From Coniocarpon cinnabarinum (lineage: Eukaryota), in assembly GCA_051942205.1 (NCBI GenBank), contig JAVECO010000163.1, positions 1 to 53,232 on the forward strand: 53,232 nt of DNA, written 5' to 3'. Position 1 is the first letter of the stretch; each line of letters opens with the position of its first letter. Positions 27,394 to 38,134 of this stretch are shown in pieces. The notes beneath the pieces are model-generated. The model did no database searches, was not told where the DNA came from, and saw only the letters and a list, made by a program, of their open reading frames with translations. A program made the translations under genes and the position numbers.

Positions 27394-28597
27394 ATGGCGA
27401 GCAACGGCACCGTGCTGGCCGTGCCTGTGGCTCTGGCAGTGGTGTCCATCGTGGTTGTGGGTCTCAGGTTTCAAGTGCGCCACTGGCGAAAATCAGGTGT
27501 CGCAGTTGATGATTGGCTGTGTATACCAGCCCTGGTATGCCCATCTATTCATGACATTAGTGGTCATCATATTGCTGCATGCTGACTGCTTGCAGCTTCT
27601 CACGGTCGCCTGCTGTGGGTTGCTGGCCGGTGGTAGCCAGTACACAGATGATGTTCAACAAGCGTTGCAACGACCTGAGGCAATCCTGGACCCGAATGTT
27701 GTCAATCAGCAAAAGCTATCATATGCGTTCATTGTCCTTCAACCGTTAGCACTCGGCTTCATCAAGACCTCAGTGCTCTGCTTCTACCGGCGAATTTTTC
27801 CACAGGAGTTGTTCGAGTACTGCAGTCGCCTTCTCATTATTTTCGTCTTTGGATGGTCATGTTCCATGTCGCTTGCCGGTATTTTGCAATGTGGCGGTGA
27901 GCCCGGCTACTTCTGGACGCAAACTACCCAAGCAACGCAATGTCATGCACCGGCCGTTAGTGGAGCTTTCATTTGTCTGGACGTAGTGCTCGACTTCATC
28001 ATTGTGTCGATGCCAATTCCATTAGTCCTCAATTTACAGATGGCGCTGCGGCAGCGCGTCCTTGCAGTCATCGTTTTTCTAGGCGGCGGAGGGTAAGCCA
28101 GCGTTCTCTATACTGTCTCTTCTACCCAAGCTGACAGTCTCCAGATCAATACCAGTCGCGTTGAGCCGTCTGATTTACTTCGCGAACGCAGCTCAACATC
28201 GTGAGTTTCTACAGCAGCGTTATCTTCTCTCGTTACCAGTCAAACTAACCACTCAACAGCACCCGCACTGCTATCCCAAGTCTGGGGCGTAACTATGGCT
28301 AACAACCGCGGCATCGACGGCATCGCGCTGTATTGTCCCATTTGCGAAATCTGCATTGCACTTGTCGCCGCGTGCGCGCCATCGCTGGTGATGGCCTACA
28401 GCAACGAGAAAGCGACGCCGGGCGACCACGCCAACGCGGAAGCAGCATGGCGATCGCTGCTCGAGCGCCAGAAACGAGAGGGCTCCGCTGAAGTCGCGCT
28501 CTCGAACATGTCGCCGGAGTTTGCTAAACGGCCTAGGACGGGGAGGCCGAGTAGAGAGGAGGATCGCATATATAGTTTACGAGAGTTTTTGGATTAA
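27394..28597 (+). CDS. PTH11-like integral membrane protein (fungal rhodopsin-domain family, no CFEM domain seen), ~343 aa; exons 27394-27534, 27596-28092, 28145-28200, 28260-28597
   Basis: Motifs VVGLRFQVR..VAVDDWL, IKTSVLCFYRRIF, LQC, DFIIVSMPIPLVLNLQM and EICIALVAACAPSL. Three canonical introns. An acceptor-like CTAATATAG just before the ATG suggests a further upstream exon. Confidence 0.85.
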
Positions 28598-28978
28598 TGG
28601 ACATATTTGAATGAAAGGAAAGGAAACGAAGCTATGGATTTTTGATTGTTCAAGACCAGGTCAATTGCTTGTGGCTTGGATGTTAGATACCATTGCACTC
28701 GGGTCTTGTTTCACGAACTGTCCGGCGATCATGGGGCCTGAAAAAGGATCACCGCCGTCGACGCCGAGTTGAGTGCCAAGACCTTTCTAATCTGGGACTA
28801 GCGCGTATAGCCGATCCATCTTGGTATAGTACGTGGTCCACGGTCAGTGGTAGATGACGACTGGTAGCAAACAACCAACAGACTTGGAAAACTCGATTGT
28901 ACATCGGTGACAGTAGTATCAACTTGGAAATTGCTCGGATTAACGCCGCTGTCGTGCTCGTGTCTTTGACTATTCGAA

Positions 28979-30972
28979 ATGGGTGACAAAGAGAAGCGGC
29001 TGGTGTACCGCACCGAGATTCAACAGGTGAGACTTAACCCACGATGCTCTTGAGTGCTGGGACTTCCTGAGTACGTCAAAGAATGGAGCTGCCATACTGA
29101 GAACCCTGAAAAACTTCATATCCCCAGTGAGCACTCTAGACGTATTCGAAGCCTTCTGAGAATTGCTCAGCCATGACCTGTCGAATTTGATGGAGCAAGC
29201 CACTGCAAAGGCACTTGAAAATCTGGCAGGATGATACCGAGCGCTCTTGTGAGGAGATATAGAGCAAGTCTTGGGACTGACACGTGTATAGATGATGTTT
29301 GTCTCTGGGGAGACAGCTGAGCCGTCGACTGATACCATTGCTGTGATTGAGCAGATTGTACAGGAGCAAGTTAAAGAAGTAGTAAGTAGCGAAATTCCTT
29401 CGTTTTCAAGCATGCTTGCCTGCCTATGTTCGTGTTGAGCCGATGTGGAGGGGAAACAAAGCCACTTTAGGCCCTTGGGATTGCACGTCTGTGATCTTTT
29501 CAGTGTCCTCAAGGAGCATGTTGCCGTCTATTCCTCGCAAGCATGTCTTGAGCCTTGTTGCTCTTCAGAATCATACTCTCGAGTATCTTGAAGGATGTGA
29601 GATAAGAATCTCAGTTTGATGACCCCGCTTGATGATTCCGTAATTAGGGGGCTCGTGGTGGGGTAATTACACACTCAAAGTAAACACCGAATATGCCTCC
29701 AGTAAAACCTCTTACAAATACTCTCGCCATCCCATTGTCCTACGAAATGCCAGGCTATCGCCATCTGGACGCTTTGGTCTTCAGTGTCGTAGTCAAGCTC
29801 CTTTAAAGATTGAGGACGCAATAGGAGGAATGAGCTAGACCCATGCCTTCGCACCAACCTTCGTTGTGCCTAATCATCTTCAGCATTCCGAGCATCATAA
29901 AAAGCTCACTAACACGCCTTCTTCAGCTCCGCCGTGGCACCGAAATCGCACACAGAATGGGCCAACGCGCCATTTCAATCGACATCCTCCTCCTCGTGAT
30001 CCGCGAAAACAAAGCCAAATGCGACCGCGTTCGCAACTTTCTGTCGTGGAAAGACGTCCGCAAGAACGTCAAAGACAATGATAACGACAAAGGAGACGAA
30101 ATGGCTCTGGCAGATCCGGCGGATCCGTCGAATCCCACCAATCCGCAGGAGATGGCTGCCAGAGGTGGAGGCAAGCATCGCAAGGCGAAGATCAAGTTGC
30201 CTTGGGATGTGCATACTTTTTATGCGCATGTGATACCTGATCGGTGTGTCTCCATCATTGGACTAACCCTTTTCTTGTCCCTCTCGTCCACACAGCGGCC
30301 GTCTTGGGTTCTGTATTGCGTAATAGCTGCTAGCATTGTGGAAGCTAATGAATTTCCAAAAGTGAACTAGCAGACGACGACGATCCGACCGCCGATCCCG
30401 ACTCCGACACCGAAATGCACACAACCACCCTCCAGCGCCTCAAAACCGCCGACGACCGCACGCGCAACATGACGAAAGAAGAATACGTCCACTGGTCCGA
30501 ATGCCGCCAAGCCTCGTTCACCTTCCGCAAGGGCAAGCGCTTCCGAGAATGGGCGGGCATCGGCGCCATCACCGATTCAAAGCCATCCGACGACGTGATC
30601 GATGTCTTGGGATTCCTGACCTACGAGATCGTCGAGTGGCTCACCGAGAACGCTTTAAAAATCAAGAACCACGAGGAGAAGAGCAAAGGCAAGGCGCAGG
30701 AGTCCACCGGCACGAAGAGAAAAGCGAGTGTGATTGCGACGACGGGGGAGGGCGAAGGCGGAGGAGACGGAAGTGCAGGAGGAGCCGAGGGCGACGAAAA
30801 GGAATCAAAAGGTATGAGCTTGTTTAGAGCCCCGCGGACGGAAGTGACGCCTATTTTGCCGCGACAGATCCAGGAGGCTTTTCGGATTAGTCAGAGGGCT
30901 ACGGCGAAGGAGACGCGCTTTTCGGGGTTTAGGAGGGATCCGACGTTTCGGAGGGCTTTGCAGTTGATATAG
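28979..30972 (+). CDS. SPT3: SAGA complex subunit Spt3, 354 aa; exons 28979-29026, 29292-29381, 29927-30243, 30363-30972
   Basis: YRTEIQQ|MMFVSGETAEP, FLSWKDVRK, ADDRTRNMTKEEYVHWSECRQASFTFRKGKRFREW and DDVIDVLGFLTYE. Exons sum to 355 codons. Introns are 265, 545 and 119 nt. Confidence 0.92.
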
Positions 30973-31349
30973 CACTTAGGTGATGGATTGGAGTGGCAGG
31001 GAGGTGTGATGAGGAAGAAGGCGAGCTGCTACTGTTCGTGAGATGTGTTGAACTCCCCGAGGAGACTGGGGAAGACCTGTCTCATTCTGTTGAAGATGAT
31101 GGACGATTTTACAGAACACAGGCGTTACAAACACTTCGGTGTGATTTTCGCGCTATCCTCATGCCAGGGAATTGTCAAGAATGGGGAAGGCTTAAGTGGC
31201 TGGGGGCGCCGCGTTGGCAATTGTCTGGGACGTTGGAATCTTCGACTCGATGCGACAGCGTAACACATGTCTCCCACTCTTTGTTCCATTCACGACAGCT
31301 CACATGGAACTCCTGAGAGACCATTGAATACATTTATAGAAAAGATCAA

Positions 31350-33650
31350 GGGCGCCCTTCGTCAATTGACTCAAAAACATCTACCTCGCCCCTCCGATCA
31401 TATGTTCCTTGTTCAGAAGACAGATCCTTGCCGGGAACAGACATCCACAGGTAACATCCACAGATCTCATTAGAGATCACTGAAAGGTTATCTTGGATTT
31501 CCGAACCCTCTCAAGCTCTCAAATTCCTACGGAGGTACAATAATGCGCAAGAGCCCTGTTGAACGATCACTTTCTTGTCTACACTTTGTTAGCGCACACC
31601 AATCATCCATACAGCCATAAATACAGTCCTCGGCTGACGTACCTTCTCAAGCCTTCACATATCTCGCTCCAAAGATTCAATGCTATACGACGTATGCATA
31701 GAGCTTGCTCCTGCAATGGGCGCTGTTTTCTCGCTTTGCAGAGCTTCAGTAAAGTTAAAGATAGCGCTGAAGCTTCTCAAATTCATGATTGGCTTTCAAA
31801 CGGTTCACAAGGCTCTTGGTCTGGAAGTTTCCTTGATTTGAGGTCCTCTCGTCAGATCTCTCGGTCCAGAAGCAGAATCGCAAAGTCCCTCGCTAATGAC
31901 GTTCTGGTTCTTTTATGGAAGTGACTTTGTTCATATGGAATTGAGTTTCCTTGATTCATCTGAATTATGCGTTTATCACATTTGGGATCGTAGTTGAGTC
32001 ATACAGTGACAATGACCTACGGTGACGTGGTTCTCGTTGATTCAGATGTGCGAGATCAAAGGCATCACTTAGCTGGTACGCGTATGCTTATTCGACTTGT
32101 TAAGTCAATGCAGCTCTCTCTCCAGAGCTTTCGCATTTAACATCGGTTTGGAAGGGTTGATGCCCTGTCTCATGTTGTCAGTCTAGTGACCAATCCGTAC
32201 TCCGGGCAGTTCAGATATACCTGCACCCTGTTCCCTCCACTGATGCCACAACTTTACATTTTATTCGCACACGGTATGACAATCAGATCTCGCACTGCGG
32301 CAAAGTCTGGAAGGCTTACATTCAGTCACGAACATGAACGGCATAGCTCGATACGAGTTGATTCTTTGTACATCAGCTTAGTCCCGCACTTTTAGACTAT
32401 CGCCCATTTGAAGCGCACCGCCACGACTTTGACTGTTGTCAGTATTTTGCACATCCCTTCTCGTGATATGCAGGCGGCTTACCTAGCTGCTCATCTGATG
32501 AAGCATTTCCTTTCCTCCGGGTTAGAGCCACGTCTCGTAGCATAAAAAGCCTTAAGAAACCGTCAGCTCTGCCAGCTTTAGTCTGTCTCCCTCCAGAAAA
32601 TTGGCCTCACTGTCTTAGACCCAGGCTCGACGATCCTATTTGGACCATCGTCGGACGGATAGCCCATCTTTGTTTTGAGCGTCATGTCAAGTGCCGCTAT
32701 CGTTCGCTGCGAAGCTAGCTGACATCTATATAAAAGCATGGCACGTGAGTGAGTGACTCACGGTGATGAAGACGAGAAGTTCGGGCGTATGCGCGAGTTG
32801 GCTTACATTGCTGGAATTTTGCCGTGTGCTTAGTAGCCACAAGGCTTGAGCGATACCGCATTCGTGGGTGGGGTGGTATTGATGAAGCTTTGGCTTTGGC
32901 TTTGGCTTCGATTTGGAATCATGTTCCCCTTGATGTTTCTTTTGACTTGTGGGTCATTGCTACTGTGGCATCAATGACAATGACATTGAAATTGGGTCTC
33001 TCAAGCTGCTCGGGGCAGATTTGCCGGCACTGAACTCTCTCTGGCTTTTTCGTTCACGGCGTCGATCCATCAGTGCCCGTGGTATGTGGTCTTAATCGAA
33101 GGCCTAGCCATGATGAAGCAATGTGAGAACTATAACATCTGGCTTTGAACTGCTCCGCTTAATTTTCGGTCTCGGTCAATTCGGCGCGGTGTATGTATCA
33201 GTGTCACAGTGATTGGTGGTATCGACGTGATGCTATCATTGTCTAACTTGCTCAACCGGAGTCTGAGTAAGCATTGGAAGTCAATGTCAGACAAGCTGGG
33301 GCATGGCTCTGGACATGATAGACAATTTGAGGAATCCTGGCGCTGTGGAATCTCGTCAATGAACTGATGAGGCTCTTGCTTAGCTTGGAATTGTGTGTAG
33401 CGGGTCGTGTATCTCATTATAGCTAATGGCATCAATTTGTGGTGCAACCAGAGTCTATGGCTCTCATCTACCTCTAGGCTCTCGGCTTTCGAGCCGACAC
33501 AGCGCGTCAGCTTGACGGCCATGGCCTTATGTGTACGTATAGGTGATACTGAAGCCGGAGTCGCTCAATAATGAGTCTTCATCGTATAATTTGCATAAGT
33601 CTTCGGCATCATGGTTTCTGCGGCGGATCGTGAGACCTTGTGCTTTGTCA
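31350..33650 (-). pseudogene. Decayed multi-exon gene or spliced non-coding transcript (boundaries approximate)
   Basis: Three normal-sized minus-strand introns with full signals: 32482-32433 (GTAAGC..CTGAC..CAG), 32220-32165 (GTATAT..CTGAC..CAG) and 31642-31579 (GTACGT..CTAAC..TAG). Intervening frames are broken by stops. Confidence 0.45.
32887..32908. repeat. (GCTTTG)n microsatellite, ~3.7 units
   Basis: gctttggctttggctttggctt. Confidence 0.85.
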
Positions 33651-34100
33651 TTCGTTGGGTCACTATTTTCTGTCGTATCATGTATGTGTGATGAGTGTGT
33701 TCACTATTGTATGCATGTACGTTAAACACTGATGCTGTTGTCGTTTTCCAACAACGTCATTGCTGGCGGCAGGTGTCCATTAGTAATATACAGATTCTTT
33801 CAGCGTGGATTTGGCCAACCACTGGATCCCTAGTGCCTTTCGTGTGTGTGGTTGTTCTTATGACCGGCGTGCATGCATGCATATTGAATACTGACGTTGG
33901 TGTTGTCTGCTTCGGAACCCCGTTGCTGGCATCAGCCGATCGTAACGCAGTAGATCTTCTTCTTGTTCATCTTCTATTCGCGGTTGAGTCAGCGGTTGCA
34001 ACTATCCTGGCTTTTGTGATAATCATTGACTACTGCAGGCATGCAAACGCAAGACTGACGCCGTTGTTGTCTGCTTTCTCCGTCGTCTGTGCTCGTATCC
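33640..34100. repeat. Degenerate tandem repeat, 3 copies, period 162-164 bp
   Basis: A GCATG..ACTGA(T/C)G..GTTGTC motif recurs with ACTGA at 33728, 33890 and 34054. Confidence 0.65.
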
Positions 34101-34904
34101 ATTCAACGGTCCTGTCCATCACTGTCGCCCCTATCCTTAACAGGACTTCGTCTCTTTCGACCTCACTCCATGTCCAGGAGGCCGTCGCTATCTCATGATA
34201 GGCTTCCGCCTTTCGCATTTCTAAGGCATCTATTATCTTTTTCTCTATATAGGACTAGACATCTCTATCAATGCTACGTACTAGGGTACACAGCCCTCTG
34301 ATGGACGATCACACTGTGTCTCTGGCTCTCGCTGCTTTCACAGTGTTGATGGTCTGGTATGCACTAACCCTGGACAAGCTTGTACATTGTGCTCATCGAC
34401 AGTCCTCTCGATCACTAGCGTGTTTATTGTATGACAGCAAACAAGGAAGCACAGAAGGTACTAATGGCATCTTACAGGCTGCGCTAGTGGGGTGACTTGC
34501 TTCATTTGACCGGTGCGATAAGACACGTCCCTCTTGGCCACGCTGGAAACGTAACAGTATTAAGAGAGCTTTCTACTGCTAACGTCCATCGTACTTCAAT
34601 GACTGCGCACAGACTCAGTGAGCTGCAGGCACGAATCCTTCTTCTACTTAGTAGGCTTCGATACTAATATAATTAGCTGGGGCCTCCTTACTCAACGCAA
34701 TTGTGTGAACATGGAGGTATCCAAGGGTAGACTTGCAGCCAAATCATGCCTAATCGCAGACAGAGGAGAAATGCTAGAAATATTCAACCTTACCTATCAA
34801 AGCAATCTGCCGTATCAGTGGCGAGCAACTACAGCACTAATAAAAGGCCCTGGATTTTTGCCCTACAATATGAAAAACCTAAATCATACCATGGCAAAAA
34901 TAAG

Positions 34905-35185
34905 AAACAGTACTACAAGCTCACACTACAAGCTAACATGACAGGTTGACATCAAAGCCAGCACTAGAAGCCAGCACTCAAGACTGGCACTACAAGCTGA
35001 CACCACAGGCTAGCAACACCAGCCAACACTCCAGGCTGACACTGACGGCTGGCAATACGGGCTAGCACTACAGGCTAGCATGCACGACTAACATCACAGG
35101 CTAACACTGCAGGCTCAAACCACAAAGCTAGCGCCACGGGCTAGCACTACCGGCCAGCACTACCGGCCACACTGCAGGCCCAGCA
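34905..35185. repeat. Degenerate 13-bp minisatellite, roughly 20 copies, consensus about GCTAGCACTACAG
   Basis: Units such as gctagcactacag, gctaacactgcag, gctagcgccacgg, gctagcactaccg and gccagcactaccg. Confidence 0.85.
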
Positions 35186-35279
35186 AGAGCATCCCAGCTG
35201 TCAGAGACAAATGTACTTTGCCACTGCCACGCAGTCACGAGTCGGCTTTTGTCGCTGCAACTGTTGTGTCCACGCTTAC

Positions 35280-35835
35280 AGCTCTTGCTATGATGCACAA
35301 GTGCGCAAACCACAGCCAACTGCAGAAAAGGATGCTCTGTTGTCAGCTTATCTTGTACATCAATGAAAACAAGGAGACAACCAACGGTCAAGCAACATGA
35401 CAGTGCCGGGTGAGGCACAGGAATGCCGTGATGAACAAGCGCCCACCCCTCCCCTTGCTGCGCAGCAGGATGTCATGGCATCAGCTTGTCTTATAGATCA
35501 ACGAGACGAATGAGAAACAGAAAGATCGAACAACACGACAGCGCTGTGTGAACCGTGGGTAAGATGTGATCACGGAGTGCCCAATCCACACGCTGCTGCT
35601 CAGTATGATAACATGTTGCCAGCGTGTCTTATAAATCAACGACAAGAAGGAGATATCGAGGATCGAAAACAACAGTGCTGTATGAAACAAAGGCACGCCA
35701 TGGTCAACGAATGTCCACCTCAAGTCTTGTTGCTCAGCAGGATGCTCTGGCGCCAGCCAACCTTATCCATCATCGAGAAAAAGGAGACAACCAAAGTTCG
35801 AACAGCGCAACAGTGCCGTGGGAAACAAGGCTGTA
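35280..35835 (+). repeat. Degenerate tandem repeat, about 4 copies, period 138/138/134 bp; probable relic of a 46-codon protein repeat
   Basis: Unit starts (AGGATG-like) at 35329, 35467, 35605 and 35739. Shared motifs are CAGC..TCTTAT..ATCAA.GA and GGAGACAACCAA..ACAGTGC. Confidence 0.85.
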
Positions 35836-37127
35836 CAACAAGCTTGCACGACCCGCTGATAGCAGCAGCACTCTGCCCATAGACAAAGAGCGCAACACTG
35901 AACGCCAGTATGAGGAGAGAAACGAGATTGGAAGCCTTCCCCCTCCAAACTAAGGTATGCTCACTCGGCCGCCACAGCTCTTGTGATTGCCAGAATGGAC
36001 CGGACTTTTGCTTGCAGGTATCGCATTGATGTGTGCACTTCGGGGGATGGATTCGCACATCTGGCTGTGTGGTAAGCCAGCCCATAATCGTAGGCTTCTG
36101 TTGCGAGGGCATATGTTCGAGGAGAGCCAGTAATTGATGCGCAACACTCGAATTGACGCCCCTTTGAGTAGCATTACGGTAAATGAGAGTTGATTTGATC
36201 TTTTCTGTTGCTGCGCAGGGCACTTTGATGTTCTGTGTTGCCTATTTCTTTGTCTGTCCGAAGCAAACGTGTATTCCATCATCACGAGTTGATGAATCAA
36301 GGAGAGACTGAATCGGGCCGCGCAAGAGGGAGCATGTATGTGCATGAAACTTGGAGTTTTGAAAGACCTGAAGATGCTCAAGGCAAAATTTAGCCGACTG
36401 TGGTGCTTGTCACCACATGAGAAGCCACTGTAGTAGACGCAAACGAGCCCTGCTTGAACAGCGTCAGCACCGACGACAAAAAAAGATAAAAAAGCACAGT
36501 TGAGCATACTCAACGTGAACGTCGCAGCTGAACAAAGAGCCACACCAGCAGGCGCTAGGAAAGAAGGCAAAAAAAGCAGCAGCAAAAAGAATTGACTAAG
36601 GTGACTGGTGGCAGCGTAATTCGAACCTGCAACCCGCACAGCAACGCAATTAGCCCCCAGAATTGCCAAAAAAGTGATATTATATGCGAGACTAGCTCAA
36701 GCAGATCATCTTGTAGTCGTAGCCATTACACTATGCGGTCGTTAAGTTAGCCTGTTTCTTTGAGCCCCAAGTCGTTTCACTGCATGATGACTCTACTGCG
36801 ATCTTGGGTGATAGCAACTCAGAGGAATTCAATATATAACTCATATTTGGGGCCTGTGTTCGCTGAAGCGGCGCGGGGCGGCTGTCGCTGCTGCTCTTTC
36901 CGGGGCTTTTCTTTACGTAGCTTGTCGCTAAATCTCGTGAACTTTTTAAATTTTCAAGATTCTTGCTTCTTCTGCGAGCACACATCAAGCTAGTTATTGC
37001 AGACTTCTCCGTCGTTTCTATCTTGCGCTAGAGTAACAGTCGCATCTATTTCAGCCGCGGGAAGGTCCCAAAAGCGCACTCGTTGCACGGCTCCCAAGAG
37101 AATTTGTAACCCACATATCCTGCAACA

Positions 37128-37586
37128 ATGGACAGCACAACAGGCGCCGTGTTCCAGTCCGCCAAATGGTTCAGACGACGCTCAAAGGGCGGGCCAGTTC
37201 CACAACGTCCTGAGATTACCGTCACTGAAAAGCTGGACGAGTCCGGAGCCAGTCTCGAGATCACCGTTGCTGGCGCGCCTGCCAGAAATCTCGCACCTGG
37301 GCCGCCAGTATCTAGCGGAGCCCAGCCTGCAGCTCCGTTGACAGGTTCTGCAGCGGGACAACCGACACCCAGGCCAGCCACCGCAGCTGCCGCCGCTGGC
37401 CCTGCCAATACCTCCGGCAACACCTCAGCCGACGCGACAGCTGAATCTCCCGGCGGACTGCTCTCCGGCCAATCCAGCAGCCAGCCTGAGCGTGAACCAA
37501 GCAGGGCATCCAGTGAAGAAAGCGACGAGTGGGCGTGGAGGAACCCGCAGATGATCCTTGACGGGAAGCTCCACTATGCTCACTGA
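37128..37586 (+). CDS. Hypothetical Ala/Pro/Ser-rich protein, 152 aa
   Basis: ATG in CAACAATG context, GC-rich relative to its flanks, disordered composition, ends EWAWRNPQMILDGKLHYAH. No family recognised. Confidence 0.45.
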   Translation: MDSTTGAVFQSAKWFRRRSKGGPVPQRPEITVTEKLDESGASLEITVAGAPARNLAPGPPVSSGAQPAAPLTGSAAGQPTPRPATAAAAAGPANTSGNTSADATAESPGGLLSGQSSSQPEREPSRASSEESDEWAWRNPQMILDGKLHYAH

Positions 37587-38134
37587 GGGCCAGAACCCGG
37601 GCGCAGAAAACACGACGACATCAATTCACGGTCTATACACGCACAAACTGAAGAAGTCTCAAGATGATACAAGATTTGGCGGATACAACGCAGGGAATCG
37701 TGCTGAAGAAAATGAAGTCGGCCCACACGAACGCTATCAGTAGATTGGGAATGGCGCGCGCGACGGCGGTGTGTGATTCGTGGAAGCATCCATGGACAGA
37801 TCTATGTATCGTGCATCACTTGAATTGGTTACTCGTTCTTTGCTCTATTGCGCACCGATGACTACATCTTTTGAGGCTATACATTGTGTGTTTTGAGGTT
37901 TCAAGGTGATCGCTCTGGACTCAACTCGCTCTGCTCACCGCGACACATGTGGTGTGGGTCCATGTGAAATTATGCCGCTCTTTTCCACCTCGTGCTTCTC
38001 CGCTCTTCCTCTCCCTCTCCCCCTCCCACCACCAGCACCCTGTTAACCATTGCTTCGGAGCGCTCTCGTTTTGCGCTCCGCCTGTCACTGATTGACTGAA
38101 TCTTCCTCAATTCGTCATCTCGAGCTCTTGCACC

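Noticed and set aside
29055..29135. TPP riboswitch in SPT3 intron 1 (CTGAGA motif)
   Set aside because: Lacks the downstream ATACC / GAACCTGAT..TAAT..CAGCG core, and the gene is unrelated to thiamine.
28970..29512. 180-aa antisense ORF over SPT3 exons 1-2
   Set aside because: No recognisable motifs and a non-ATG start; it overlaps a conserved gene on the other strand.
29616..29640. Intronic C/D snoRNA in SPT3 intron 2 (two TGATGA boxes)
   Set aside because: I found no CTGA D box at a suitable distance downstream.
35950..36669. 239-aa minus-strand ORF
   Set aside because: TTG start, low-complexity T-rich hydrophobic stretches and no family motif. Splice-like signals favour a plus-strand relic.
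31000..37000. Transposon or Starship-type mobile element
   Set aside because: No transposase, reverse transcriptase, integrase or tyrosine-recombinase motifs, and no terminal repeats or target-site duplications were recognised.
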